Positions 31,792-43,722 of a stretch of DNA of 64,000 bases are shown here, piece after piece (within the stretch, counting starts at the first letter, position 1; each line of letters starts with the position of its first letter). A program made the translations under genes and the position numbers. The notes under the pieces are model-generated. The model was not told where the DNA came from. It searched no databases and was given only the letters and a program-made list of their open reading frames with translations. This stretch comes from an uncultured Planctomycetota bacterium (GTDB lineage: Bacteria > Planctomycetota > Planctomycetia > Gemmatales > Gemmataceae). The stretch spans positions 256,001 to 320,000 of the forward strand of contig CAWKHF010000007.1 of NCBI GenBank assembly GCA_963849325.1. Direction: 5' to 3'.

Positions 31792-32943
31792 TTAGTCCCC
31801 TCCGTGTACCGCATCCTCCTTCGCGAACGGATACGTGGCGAACAGCACGTCACCCAGTCCCAGGTAGGGGTCGTCGAGGTCGGCGTGCAGCACGTCCTTG
31901 TAGATGGGGCGAGTCACCTTCTCCGGCCGCACCAATCCCGCGGTGGCGAGCAGTTCATGGATCTGACGGCGGCGCGTGCGCTCGTTGAGTCGGGTATCTT
32001 CTTCTAGCTCTTTCCAGCGGGCCACATCCTCCGCGGCGGTCAGGACCGGTTTCGCCTGCGTCCGCGGCACAACCGAAATCGGCGTTGGTAGGAGGGTCCG
32101 TTCAATCGGCTTCTCGATCACCCCCTTGGTAATGGGCACCATCTTTTGGTCGGCGGCCGCCTGACCCGGCTTGGCCATTTTCTTCAAAGCTTGTGCCTGG
32201 CCGCGATGATAAGCGCGGACCAGCAGGTCTCGATTCGCCTCGGAGCTGGCCTGAGCGTTTTTAGCGACCGCACAAAGAAGGCTGAGTTGAGCCACATATC
32301 CGGACTCGGTGTATATCCCCGGCAGTGCATCCACCACCAAACCGTCGGGAGTGCAGACCGAGCTGAGGATGTTGCCGTGGAGGGTGCGGGTCAGCACCTT
32401 GCCGTTGCCGAAGTCGATCCGCACGATCGGCACCGGACGCACGCTCTCCCACACAGGCTCGAACGATTGGTTGATGAAGTCGGCGACGCGGTCCTGGGAG
32501 AACAACACGGTTCTCGCGAGACGAGCGTTCGTTCAGCAGAAGCGGTCGTCGAGCCGGCCCATCATCTGAAAGAGCAGCACGGGCTTGCCCGACTTCTTCG
32601 CCGCCGCGCAGGCCGTGTCCAAATCCTTGTGCCAGCGGACCTTGCCGGGCTGGACCTTGGGGTTGACGAACGTATCACCGGGAGGGGTCGCGGCCGGGAC
32701 GGTTCGCGCGGCCAACACCTTCTCGGTGGGGACTTCGATGACGTATTTGCTGAAATCGCGTATGTCGATGACGTTCGGGACGTTCGGTGCCGGTGCGGCC
32801 ACGAGGTTCATGGCCGGCTGCGGGGTGGGCGGCTTCGGGGGTCTGTCGCCGGCGAAGGCACGCGCCAGGAGTAGGACGGTCAGTCCGACCACTCCGACTT
32901 CCACGATACACGAGAGACGATGGCGCCGTAGGGTTCGTTTCAT
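31792..32943 (-). CDS. Putative selenoprotein N-like, thioredoxin-fold exported protein with in-frame TGA (32533-32535)
   Basis: W...A...A...GKPVLLF..GRLDDRFC-TGA-TNARLARTVLFS..V...INQSF..VW; both halves are in one frame. Confidence 0.75.
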
Positions 32944-33269
32944 GACAAGAATCCTCCAGTACGGGATTAACCGGCTCGGAAGGCGAGCAACGGGTTTCCG
33001 GGAGGATTCTACCCGCGGACGTGGGAGGATTGCGCAACAAGTTGGTAACGAGTGAAGGGAGGTCTCGGCGCTACTGGATGCGGAGGCTGCGGACGTACTC
33101 GGCCTCGCGGGCGATCTCCCCGTCGGAGAGGCCATCTTGCCGCTGGTCATGTCCAGGGCCATGACGTCGATCAGGCCGTTGCTGCCGACGCCGCCGCGCA
33201 CCTGCACCGGCGCGGCTCGGCCCGGCTGTAATCTCTCCGCGCGGTACAGCCCCGCAAGATCGCGCAAGC

Positions 33270-33612
33270 TGTCCGCATAGCACGGATTCGCCGTCGAAGG
33301 AGACGAACGGATCGGTGATGGTGTCATCGCCGGCGGCGACGAGGACTTCCTCGCGGCCGTTGGGATGGAGCAACATCAGGTCCGAACCCGGCTCCCCTCG
33401 CAGCGGGCTGAACACTTCCGTCCAGGCGATTTGCTTGTCGTCGCCCCGGCGCGGTGCCCGCACGTAGACGAGGTCGTAGTCGTAGCGAATGGATTGGTCG
33501 GCCGCGAGGGGCGGCGGGTTGACGTTGTACACGCGGTTTTTTTGTCCGGCCCGGCCGAAACCATCGCCGACAGAAGGGCCATCACCAGGATGGCAAAAGC
33601 GACTCGCTTCAC
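33270..33612 (-). pseudogene. Truncated N-terminal part of a secreted beta-propeller (TolB/HzsA-like) protein
   Basis: Signal peptide, then (frameshifted) YDLVYVRAPR...GSDLMLLHPNG.EEVLV...DPFVSFDG, ending abruptly. Confidence 0.5.
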
Positions 33613-33639
33613 CGTCTTCTCCCCTCGGAAGTACCAGGT

Positions 33640-34995
33640 TTACTTGTTTGCAACCGCTCCAGGTAGCGCGGCAACCGGCACGGGAACCAGCGATTGGAGG
33701 AGTTTACCGCTGGGCAATTCGTAAAGCTGAACGAGTCCGCTCTTGCTACCCAGGGCGAGGCGCGAGCCGTTGGCATTGAGCGATACCGCGTACACCGGGG
33801 CGGGCGCCTTGCTGAGGAGGGCGACGCGCTGACGGTTGGCGATCTGGTAGACACGAACTTCGCCGAAATGGCCGGCGACGGCCACGAGCTTGCGATCGCC
33901 GCTGACGCCGAGGGCGTGGACCTCGCCCGGTTGCGCCTCGAAGTTGCCGGCATATTGATTGCGCGGGACGCCGCTCAGAGCGGTCTTCAAGGTGTAGGCG
34001 CTGAGGGTCCGCGCCCGGCCGGCCGAGATCGCATAGAGATCGTTGGCGGCCACGGCGCCGATCAACTCCGGCGAACTGTCGATGGTCCGCAGCAACTCGC
34101 CGGTCTGGGCGCTGGCGACCTTGGTGGCCTTGTCGCGTCCACCGCTGACGAGCATCTTGCCGTCGGGCGTGTAGGCGACCGACAACACCCAATCGCTGTG
34201 CAGCTCGAAACGGCGGAGCGGCTGCTTCGGGTCAACGGGGACGACGTACACGGCGCCGTCGGCGCCGCCCAGGGCGATCGCTTGGCCGTCGGGAGCGAAG
34301 TTGCCGCGAAAGAGCGTGTCCTTGCCGATACGGCGAGCGGAGACGAGTCGGCCGTCCGCCGGGTCGAGGAAGCGAGCCTCGCCATACTGACCGGGCGTGC
34401 CGCCGACGGCCGCCAACAGCTTGCCGTCCGGGCTGAACTCGACGTGTGTGACCAGGTCGCTGGCCGTCGGCACGCGCGCGGTCGGCGCCGTTCCCTCCAC
34501 GTCCACCAGGACGACCTCACTGCGGCAAGCCGCCGCCAGGCGCTTGCCGTCGCCCGACAGCGCCACGCTCGTGACCGCCGGCGCGAACGTGTACGTCTTG
34601 GGAGCCTTGATTTCGATGCGCGGCTTGTCGGCCGGCGAGTCATCGGGAGCGCCGACCGCGATCCACTTGCGGAGTATCTCGATCTTTTGAGGCGACAAAG
34701 GTGGCTGCTTCTGCGGCATGGCCGGCTCGGGGCCGCTGATGGCCTCGATCAGCAGGCTATCCTCGGGCTTGCCGGCCTGGAACAACGGGCCGCTGCGGCC
34801 ACCCTTGCGCATGTCGGCGACCGTGTCCAGGCTCAACTTGCCCTTTGGCTTGGCCGAGGAGTGACAACCCCAGCAGTGTCGTTTCAAGATCGGCTGCACC
34901 TCGTTGCGATAGCTGACCGCCGGCTCGGCGCTCCGCGCCGGCAGGACCATCCCGAGAAACAGACTTGCAGTTATCAGCATCGAGCGGCGTCGCAT
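33640..34995 (-). CDS. Planctomycete cytochrome c domain plus WD40 protein
   Basis: Signal peptide, VQPILKRHCWGCH, MPQK, WD40 repeats. Confidence 0.88.
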   Translation of the reverse strand: MRRRSMLITASLFLGMVLPARSAEPAVSYRNEVQPILKRHCWGCHSSAKPKGKLSLDTVADMRKGGRSGPLFQAGKPEDSLLIEAISGPEPAMPQKQPPLSPQKIEILRKWIAVGAPDDSPADKPRIEIKAPKTYTFAPAVTSVALSGDGKRLAAACRSEVVLVDVEGTAPTARVPTASDLVTHVEFSPDGKLLAAVGGTPGQYGEARFLDPADGRLVSARRIGKDTLFRGNFAPDGQAIALGGADGAVYVVPVDPKQPLRRFELHSDWVLSVAYTPDGKMLVSGGRDKATKVASAQTGELLRTIDSSPELIGAVAANDLYAISAGRARTLSAYTLKTALSGVPRNQYAGNFEAQPGEVHALGVSGDRKLVAVAGHFGEVRVYQIANRQRVALLSKAPAPVYAVSLNANGSRLALGSKSGLVQLYELPSGKLLQSLVPVPVAALPGAVANK

Positions 34996-35027
34996 GGCCC
35001 GGATCTCCAATCCTCGTGGCGGGACAG

Positions 35028-37486
35028 TTAATGGACCAGGAGGAAATCCTTGCTGTTGAGCAGCGCCCACATCAAATCCTGGGCCGCCTCCGTCCGTTTC
35101 GCGCTGCCATAGGTTTGGAACAACTGGAGCGACACCTGCTTTTCCTTGTCGCCGGGTCGGCGGCACAGTGACCACAGGTAGATCTGTTCGACCAACTGCT
35201 CGTCACTCGGTTTCGCCTTGAGGAGTTGAGCGAGCCGGCCGTTGGCGGCGTTGACGCGGTTGACGATGACGTTGCCGTTGAGGAAGTGCAGCGCTTGTAG
35301 CATGTTCGAGCCGTCGTCGCGTTCGCACTCGCACGCCTCGACGCGCTGCGGCTTGCCGAACAGGTTGAGGAATTCGCTCTGGACCTCGGCATCGGGCAGC
35401 TGCTTGGCCGTGAACCCCGCCGGTGCCCCGCCGAAACGCTCGGGGACGCCCGTGGCCTGTACCAGTGCGTCGAGCAGCGACTCGGCCGGCAGCCGGCGTG
35501 GCACCATCCGCGAAAAGTTCATGTCGTCCTCGGCATTGGTTTCGTTGGGGATGCTGCTGCGCTGGTAAGTGCGTGAGTTCACGATGGTCCGCATCAGATG
35601 GCGAACGTCGAACTGATGGGCGACGAAATCTTTCGTCAAGGCGTCGAGCAACTCGGGATTGACGGGCGGGTTCGTGGTGCGGATGTCGTCCACCGGGTCG
35701 ATGATGCCGCGATGGAAAAAATAGCTCCAGACGCGATTGGTCAGGCTGCGAGCGAAGAACGGATTGTCCGGCGACGTCAGCCACTTCGCATAGGCTTCGC
35801 GGCGATCGACGTTAAGAAGGTCGATGTCCGCGCCGCCGAGGAAACGCGGTTTTTGCAGCTGTCCCGAGCGCGGGTTGCGCGAATAGCCGGCCGTCTTGCG
35901 GACGAGGATGGCCCGCGCCGTGGGACGCTGGGGAGTCGCGGGTCGTCCTTGGCGGCGACCTGGTTGAAGAAACTGTGCAGACCGTAGTAATCGGCCTGCG
36001 TCCAGTTCTCGAAGGGGTGGGCATGGCAGCGGGCGCAGAGCATACGGATGCCACAGAAGACCTGCGTGACGCGCTGCAAGGAGTCGTCGGCGTCCTTGCT
36101 GATGGCAAAATACGCCGACGCCGGATCGTCGGCGACGCCGCCGCGGCTGGTCAGCAGGCGACGGGCGAACTCGTCCAACGGCATGTTCGAGGCGACGACG
36201 CCGCGCAGCCACTCGCGCAGGGCGTACACAGCCGGTTCGCTCAAATGCTTGCGGCTGTTCTGCAACAGGTCGCCCCATTTCAGCGACCATTGATCGACAA
36301 ACTCCGGCCGTCGAAACAGGACATCGATGACCTTCGTGCGCTTGTCCGATCCTTTATCGCTCAGAAAGGCGAGTACCTCGTCGGCAGTCGGCTGGACGCC
36401 GATTAGGTCGAGATGGACGCGGCGGAGGAAGGTGACGTCGTCGGCCAATTCGGATGGCTGAAGGCGCAGATCGTTGAGCTTGCGGGCGACGAACTTGTCG
36501 ATGAGATTGTCCTCGGGCGGCGGCGCCGGTTGGAAGCTGGGGTTGGGCTTGAGGACGATGAAATTGGCCGTGGCGAAGACGCGCTCGAAGCGAGCGGATA
36601 CCGCCGTCTCGCCCAGCTCGCGGGCGGTGACAAGTCCGGCTTCCTCGACGCTGGCGACGCGCTCGGTGTTGACGGTGTAGATGCCCAGGCGCGTCACGTC
36701 GCGGACGCTGCCGTCGCTGTAGCGGGCGAGCAGTTGCAACGGGTGCTGCATACCGGGTGAAAGGACCACTTTTTGCGGAACGATGTCGAGGCCGACCATC
36801 TTGACCGGGTCGTCGAGGTCGGCTCGCGCCCCTTCGCGGACCCAGCCGAACAGCGCTTGATGCAGCAGGCCGTCGCGCGGGAAGCGGATGCCTCCCTCGT
36901 GCGGCACGTCACCGAGCGGCTTGGTCAACAGCAGACTGGCCGGCGGGTTGTGGCGGTTGACGCGGCGCTCGAAAAACTCGTCGGTGAGCCATTGGTAATC
37001 GTCGGCCGGGTCGGCGCCGCGCAGCGACAGTTTGAAGCCGTTCTTGCCGAGAGAATAGCCGTGGCACGCCCCCTGATTGCAACCGCCCTTGGACAGGACC
37101 GGCATGACCTCGTGACGAAAACTGTAGGGCGGTTCCTTTCCGGGCAGCTGGACCTCGACCTTGACCACGGCCGACTTGCCCCCGGCCGCGATGGTGATGT
37201 CGGCACGGCCCGAGCCGATCGGCCGCGCCCAACCGTGTACATCGACCTTGACCACCTTGTCGTTGCTGGAGCGATAAGCCGCCTGCGCCGTCAGGTCGAG
37301 CGACAGGCCGTCGGCGGATCGGCCGGCGACAAGCAGGGAGTGCGGCCGGCGCGGATGCGTCAGCCGCAGCGACGCCGGTTGCACGCGCAGGTCGCCCACC
37401 GGAACAGGCGGCGCCGCGGCCTGGACCGCCATTGCCGCCAGCAGACTTCCGACGATCCCGTATCCACTTCGCATCGGCGTGAACAT
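35028..37486 (-). CDS. DUF1549/DUF1553 protein with Ig-like domains (frameshift near 35930)
   Basis: GCNQGACHG, FLRRVHLDLIG, CARCHAHP, NPFFARSLTNRVW, CECER, WALLNSKDF. Confidence 0.88.
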
Positions 37487-37509
37487 ATCTTGCTTCTCCG
37501 CGCGATCGG

Positions 37510-39854
37510 TTACTTCTTCGCGGACGCTGCCGGTTGCGTGAACCGCACACGCACCGTCACGGAATCACTCCGGTTGAGCAGCGGCGTGGTCGGACGGTAT
37601 CTCCCCGTGGCGAAGACTTCGAGCGCGTTCCACTCCAGCGCCTTGAAGGTGCCGGGGAACCGCAGAGTCAGCTGGAAGTCGGTCTTCTCCGCCTTGACGA
37701 CTGCCGACGGCACGGCGACCCCCGCCGGCACACCGGCCAGCGACACGGTAACGTCGCCCTTGAAACCGCCCCGGCGTTCGACCTTGCCCGTCAGTTTGAC
37801 CTCGGCCCCCGTCTTCGGATCGAGCGGGACCGTGAGGGACGATGCCGCCAACTGCACGGCCAAGGGATTGAGGACGGCGAAGCGGCGCACCGGCGTGAAC
37901 GCCTGGGCAATGACCCGCGTGCGGTCCTTGCTGAGCAGATCGGCGCGGAAGGCGAGATCCTGCGGCACGCTCGGCAACGTCGCCGGCAGCACCACTACGA
38001 ACTCGCCCTGCGTCTTGCCGGCGGGCAGGTCCAGGAAGGGGCCTTGGTCCTTGCGCAGCGCCTGGTTGGGGTCGGGCCGGCCGTTGACGAGCGGCGGCCG
38101 ATGACTGCTCAAAAGATAGAATCGAACTCCTCCATGTTGTTCTTTAGGAGGCGTGAACTTCAGGGCAGCCTTGAAGGACGAACCCGCCACCAGTCGAGCG
38201 TCGTCCGGCGCATCGCCCCAGTCGGCGGTGAAGGCGAGCGTTTCCTTCGGCGTCAGGGCGACCGCCAACTCTTCCGCGAGCCAGGGTTGCAGCTTCCGCA
38301 ACGGGTGGTCCTTCTCCTGTGCCACGCACGTCCTCTTCTCCTTCGGATCGGCGCTCGTGCCGCGTAGGGACATCAAGCCCGCCGTCGGCGTCCGTCCGGT
38401 CCCCGTGAGAACGAGCAAAGCGCCATTGGCACCGGCCGGGACATCCAACCCCTGCTCCTGGACGCCGGCCGGCAAGCCATCGAGGGCGAGGCGGATCGGC
38501 CCGGCGTAGCCGCGACGCTCGACATCGACCTCGGCGACGTGATGACCGCCCATCGGTACGTTCAGCGCGGCACTCGGAAGGAACACACGAAAGTCCTTGA
38601 CGCCGGCGTCCGCGCCGATCGGCCGAACCACGACGCGGTAGATGAAATTCGCCTGGCCGCGGCCGTGCAGATCCTCGACGATGACGACGAGCGCTTGCAG
38701 ATCGACCGGCACGGTGAAATCGAGGGCTGGATCGGGACTGTCCGGCGCGTCGTCGGCCTGGGCGAGCAGGGCGCCGTTGTCGCGCTCCAGCTTCAGCACC
38801 GCGTCCATGGGCGAACCGATCCGGTCGGCGAAGACCTCGAAACGGAGCTTGGCGCCGGGCTGGACCTGGAGGCGAAATCGATCGCTCTCGCCCGGCCGGA
38901 CGATGCGGCCATTGAGGGCCGCGGGCAAGACGGTCACTTCCGCAACGCCGCCGTCCTTCTCGACAATCTCGGGCAGATCGCTGACGAGGACGCGCGGCCG
39001 CATCCCGCTGGCACTTGTCGGCTCGGACCAGGGGAGCGGCACGACGGAAGCATCGCCGTCGGCCTGGACCTGAACGCGCTGCCCGGCGCTGCTGCCGACC
39101 AGTTCGATCGTGCTCCGCGCCCCGGCGCACGGCGGGAGGGAAAACGGCGTCCACGTACTGCCAGGCGCCGAGCTTGAGCCGGACGTTTCCGGGTGCGCCG
39201 GCCGCGTACTGCGCATCGTGTACCTCGACGGTGTACAGACCATCGGCCGGCAGCGTGACCGTGAGCCGGGCGTCGCCGCCGAGCGACGGACTCGGCGCAG
39301 GCCCACGCCCGTTGTCGGCCGCGTTCGTCGTAGAGGTGCAATATCGGCTTCACCTTGCCGCCCAGCCGCTGCGCCTCGACCTCGCAGAGGACTGTCTGTC
39401 CCGCCTTGCCGGCGAACGCGGTTACGAGTTTGCCGCTGCCGGCCAGCGTCCCGTGCAGCGACACCGGCAAGTCAGCGACCTTCGGCCCCCAGGTGTGTTG
39501 CGGCAGGTGATCCACGGCCACGACGCGCCCGGCCGACACGCCGTTGGCGTTGGCCAGGCGAAGATTGTACAGTCCCGGCACCACGGCCTTGTCGAGCGTG
39601 ACCTCGATGGCGACGCGATTGGCCGTGCTCCCCGGCTGCACGACCTGCTTGACGATCGGCACGGACAGAAGGAGCTTCGGCTCGGGCAGCAAGTTTTCGC
39701 CGTCGAGGGTCAAGATGGTGCGGCCGCCGATTTGAATACCCGGCCGGTCGAGATTACGAAGCGTCGGCGGCGCCGCGCGGACAAAAGAAGGAGCCGCCAA
39801 GACGCCAAGGACACCAAGAAAAAGACGCCAAAACAATTCTCTTTTAACTCTCAT
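37510..39854 (-). CDS. PPC (pre-peptidase)-domain secreted protein of DUF1501 clusters (frameshift near 39300)
   Basis: CEVEAQRLG, LNGRI..PGESDRF, FADRIGSPMD.VL...DPAL.F. Confidence 0.78.
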
Positions 39855-39901
39855 TCTTTGCTCTCTTATTTTTCCTTGGCGTTCTTGGCGTCTTGGCGGT
39901 T
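39792..39901. repeat. Inverted pair of CGCCAAG-type tandem arrays spanning the gene junction
   Basis: CCGCCAAGACGCCAAGGACACCAAG ... CTTGGCGTTCTTGGCGTCTTGGCGG. Confidence 0.85.
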
Positions 39902-39907
39902 TTTCCT

Positions 39908-41299
39908 CTATGCAATCAGCTCCGGAATCGGCTCGGCCTCGATCAGGCGGATCGGCCGCCCGCCGGGGCCGGGCATCATCGTCGTGTCGAGGTCGATGCC
40001 CATGCCGTGGTAGATCGACGCCAGCACCTGCGGCGGCTCGATCGGGTAGTCGTGCGGCGCGGCGCCGATCTTGTCGGTCGAGCCGATCGACCTGGCCGCC
40101 GCGGATGTTGCCGCCGCACAGGAAGTTCGTCCAGGCGGCGGGGTAGTGGTCGCGGCCGCCGCGGCCGTTGAGCCTGCGGCGTCCGGCCGAACTCGCTGAG
40201 CACGGCCACCACCGTCTCCTGCAGCAGGCCGCGCTCTTCCAGGTCCTCGATCAGGGCGGTGAAGGCCCAGTCGAACTGCGGGCACAGGTGCCGCTCGTAA
40301 TCGAGGTAGGTGTTGTTCAGGCCGCCGCCGTCGGCGTGCATGTCCCAGCAGGAGAGGTTGAAGACCGTGTCGAAGTGGTTGACCGTGACGTAGCGGACGC
40401 CGCCCTCGATGAGCCGGCGGGCCATCAGGCAGCTCTGGCCGAAGGTGTTGCGGCCATAGCGGTCGCGCAGGCGCGTCCGGTCTCGCGGTTCAGGTCGAAC
40501 GCCTTCTTCGTCCTGCGGCGAGGTCAGCAGGCGGAAGGCGCGCTCGTAGGCGCTGTCGTGCATCTGCGTGCTGCTCGGTCTCGGTGCGGCGCTGCAGGTC
40601 GTCGAGCTGCGTCGAGCAGCTGCCGGCGGGCGTCGAGCGCGGAACTCGCTCAGCCCCTGCGGGCACTTCGAGGTCGGCGACCTGGAAGTCGGGCCGGGCC
40701 GGGTCGGCGTTGAGGAAGAACGGCTCGTGGGCGCTGCCGAGGTAGGCCGGCGGTCTGGCCGTGCAGCGGGCCGGCGCCGGTGTTGCCGATCGGGCCCGGC
40801 AGGACGACGTTCGGCCGGCAGCTCGCCCTTCGGGCCGAACACGCGCGAGATGACGCTGCCGGTGTGCGGCTTGACGCTGTCGGCGTTGAAATCGTGGCCG
40901 GTCATCATCCAGCGCTGGCCGTTCTCGTGCGTCGCGCCGGTGTTGTGGTGCAGGCTGCGGATCAGCGCCACCTTGTCCATCATCCGGGCCATGAGCGGGA
41001 AGTGCTCGCAGATCTGGATGCCGGTCACGTTGGTGCGCGATCGGCTTGAACTTGCCGCGCACCTCGGCGGGGGCGTCGGGCTTCATGTCCCAGGTGTCGA
41101 GGTGGCCCGGCGAGCCGACCAGGAAGATGCGTGATGCAGTTCTTGATCTTGGCGCGGCGCCGTCCACGGCGCCGGCCTGCTGGAGTCCGAGCAAGTTCGG
41201 CAGCGTCAGGCCGGCCATGCCGGCGGTGCCGACCTGCAAGAAACTCCGCCGCGTCATGCCCGCGCACAGCGGCACCTGGGCGTTTCCGATGTTCAGCAT
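39908..41299 (-). CDS. DUF1501 protein with Tat-like RRSFL leader; many frameshifts
   Basis: PGHLDTWDMKPDAP, YGRNTFGQSCLMARRLIEGGVR, WDMH, SEFGRTP. Confidence 0.85.
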
Positions 41300-41302
41300 G
41301 GC

Positions 41303-41629
41303 TCACTCCCTTGTCCGGGGCCTTCCAATCCGGTAGGAGACCTTGTTCGAGACGTCGATGAACTGGCTGTTGACGAATTCGCCGTCCTTGCCTTTGCGGT
41401 AATCGACATACTTCCACATTTGCAGGACGATCTCGTAATTTCCGGGCGTTGGATCGGGGTGTTCGTAGCTGTCGGAGGCGCGGGCCGGCACGGCGGCGAC
41501 CACCTTGCCGTCGCGGCGGACCAGCCATTGCAGGCGCGAGCCCCAGTCGTTGACGACCTCGCCGCGAACGACGCGGCGGCCCTCCAGGCGGACTTCCGCT
41601 TGCGGCGTTCCCTCAAACTTCTGATCCAT
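41303..41629 (-). CDS. Hypothetical protein
   Basis: GGAGG RBS; typical codon usage; upstream of DUF1501. Confidence 0.6.
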   Translation of the reverse strand: MDQKFEGTPQAEVRLEGRRVVRGEVVNDWGSRLQWLVRRDGKVVAAVPARASDSYEHPDPTPGNYEIVLQMWKYVDYRKGKDGEFVNSQFIDVSNKVSYRIGRPRTRE

Positions 41630-41924
41630 GACGACATACCTCCGCACAAAGGATCGGACGGCAGGTTCGGATCGACGGCGTGGGTTTGGTCCAGGGTCGG
41701 AAAGCTATCCGGCAGGGGCGTACAGGGGAGAGTACAAGGACCACCTAGGGCAGCGAGGGGTGATCCAAATGTGAACGATACCTCATCGTCGCGGGGAAGT
41801 CACGCGCGGAAATGCCGTCCGCAACAAAAAAAGACGCGAGGGCCGTCCATACAGCATCGCCAAGTCGGCCTGGGATGTCGAGCGCTGGGGCCGTCGGACG
41901 TGATACTGGCTGACCGTGGACCCG

Positions 41925-42105
41925 GCCGACACGCCCAGCCGCGGCGTGCCAATTCCTGCACCACCGGCAACAGCGCTTGATGCTCCAGGTACAAGGCAAA
42001 GATGGCACGCACCCGCGTGGTCGCGTGGTTTCTTGCTCATTGACGTGCAATCGTCGGCCGCGGGGATCGAGGTCATAGCCGAGCACGGGCATGCCTCCCG
42101 ACCCT
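41925..42105 (-). pseudogene. Fragment of a large serine recombinase
   Basis: GGMPVLGYDLDPRGRRLHVNEQE / VRAIFALYLEHQALLPVVQELARRGW. Confidence 0.65.
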
Positions 42106-42169
42106 AGCGAAGGCATGCCGGCGACAGAGCCAAAGTTGTCGCCGACGGCGGACAGCGGGGCCGCAACCC

Positions 42170-43216
42170 TCAAATCGGCACTTCGCTCACGGACGAACGG
42201 AGATGAAGAGTCTTTTTCAGCAAATTGTGCTCGGAATTCAGGTAGCGTACCGTGCCGCTCCGCGAGCGCATCAGCAGGGAATGCGTGACAGCCGTTGCCC
42301 CATGGACCTCGACGCCCTTGAGCAAGGGACCGTCGCTGATGCCGGTTGTGGTGAACAAGATGTCCTCGCCGCGGGCGAGGTCGCGCGAACGATAGACGGT
42401 TTCCAGCCGATCGCCCCAACCGCTTTCCCTCAGGGAGCGACGTTCGGCGTCATCGCGCGGCCAAATCTGGGCCTGCATGCCGCCGCCCAGACAACGAAGC
42501 GCTGCGGCTGCCAGAACCCCTTCCGGGGCGCCGCCGATGCCGGCGTAGAGATCGACGTTGGAACGGCGCAAGGCCGGGGCCAGCGCCGCCGCGATGTCCC
42601 CGTCGGCGATCATGCGGAGCGACGCTCCCGCGCGGCGGACTTCCTCGATGTACGGCTGATTGCGTGGGCGATCGAGGATCATCACCACCACGTCGCGGAT
42701 CTTTTTACCCAGAATTTCGGCGGTGATCCGGATTACTTTCTCCAACGGGGTCGCGACGCTGATGGGGATCGAAGGGTCGGCCACCCAGGCTTTGCGTACT
42801 TCGGGCGGGTAGGCCAGCTTCTTCATGTAAAAGGCGGGGATGTCCTGCAGGCCCGACCGGCCCTGATCATCGGGAGTGGCCGCCGCGATGCAACTGATCG
42901 AATTCGGCATCCCTTTGCTGAGGTTCGTCGTTCCGTCGATCGGATCGACGGCGATGTCGAAGCGTGGCGCACCGTCCCGCCACATGCCGAGCCGCTCGCC
43001 TCGGAAGATCCCCGGTGCCTCGTCTTTGATCCCTTCGCCGATGACCACCTCGCCGCAGATGTCCGTGATGTCGAACATACCCCGGATGGCGTCACAGGCG
43101 GCCGCGTCCGCCGCTTCCTTGTCGCCCTTGCCCATCCACTGCATGCAATTCAAGGCGGCGATTTCCGTGGCACGAAGAAAATCGAACTCGACGAGGCGTT
43201 GAATGTCGAACTCCAT
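42170..43216 (-). CDS. glpX: Fructose-1,6-bisphosphatase class II
   Basis: RATEIAAL, GDKEAADAAA, VVIGEG, DIAVDPIDGT, LDRPR, DGDI, GIGGAPEGV. Confidence 0.96.
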   Translation of the reverse strand: MEFDIQRLVEFDFLRATEIAALNCMQWMGKGDKEAADAAACDAIRGMFDITDICGEVVIGEGIKDEAPGIFRGERLGMWRDGAPRFDIAVDPIDGTTNLSKGMPNSISCIAAATPDDQGRSGLQDIPAFYMKKLAYPPEVRKAWVADPSIPISVATPLEKVIRITAEILGKKIRDVVVMILDRPRNQPYIEEVRRAGASLRMIADGDIAAALAPALRRSNVDLYAGIGGAPEGVLAAAALRCLGGGMQAQIWPRDDAERRSLRESGWGDRLETVYRSRDLARGEDILFTTTGISDGPLLKGVEVHGATAVTHSLLMRSRSGTVRYLNSEHNLLKKTLHLRSSVSEVPI

Positions 43217-43722
43217 GAGACCACCCCCTTCCGCGTACTGCGAACCTCGGCCGCCGGTAGGTAGACAGTATAGGAGGGCCGAAAGGAGTTTCCCGCCCCT
43301 CTCTCTTGCGTTCGGTGCCTGGGACGCCGTTTACAACCGCTTCCGTCACGGAGCCCACTCCGGCAACATGGCACGTTTATTGGAACTACGGACGGCCAGC
43401 TCCCCGAGTGGCAGGGGCTTGTCACCCCCGAATGAAACGACCGCCGTAAACTCAAGCACGACATTGTGTCGGCCAACGTCCCGGTCAACCTGGCCTACCA
43501 CCACGACCGCATCGAGAAGAACGGCCTGGTCCTGCTCGCCGTCGGCCCCGAGTTCATGACATCGGCGCTGCTCCTTCGCCGTTCGGGCTGACACGCTGTC
43601 GTCATCCGGCTTCCCTTCATTCAAGTTCTCGTAACGATCCGGGCTATGGACTTCGCCTCCCTCAACGATTACTTTGGAGGGCGTCTCTCCAGAACGGAGA
43701 AGTTCGCTGGGAGCCGACGATC

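Noticed and set aside
43346-43624. STAS/anti-anti-sigma gene
   Set aside because: Only a weak VVLEFTAV resemblance; not enough support.
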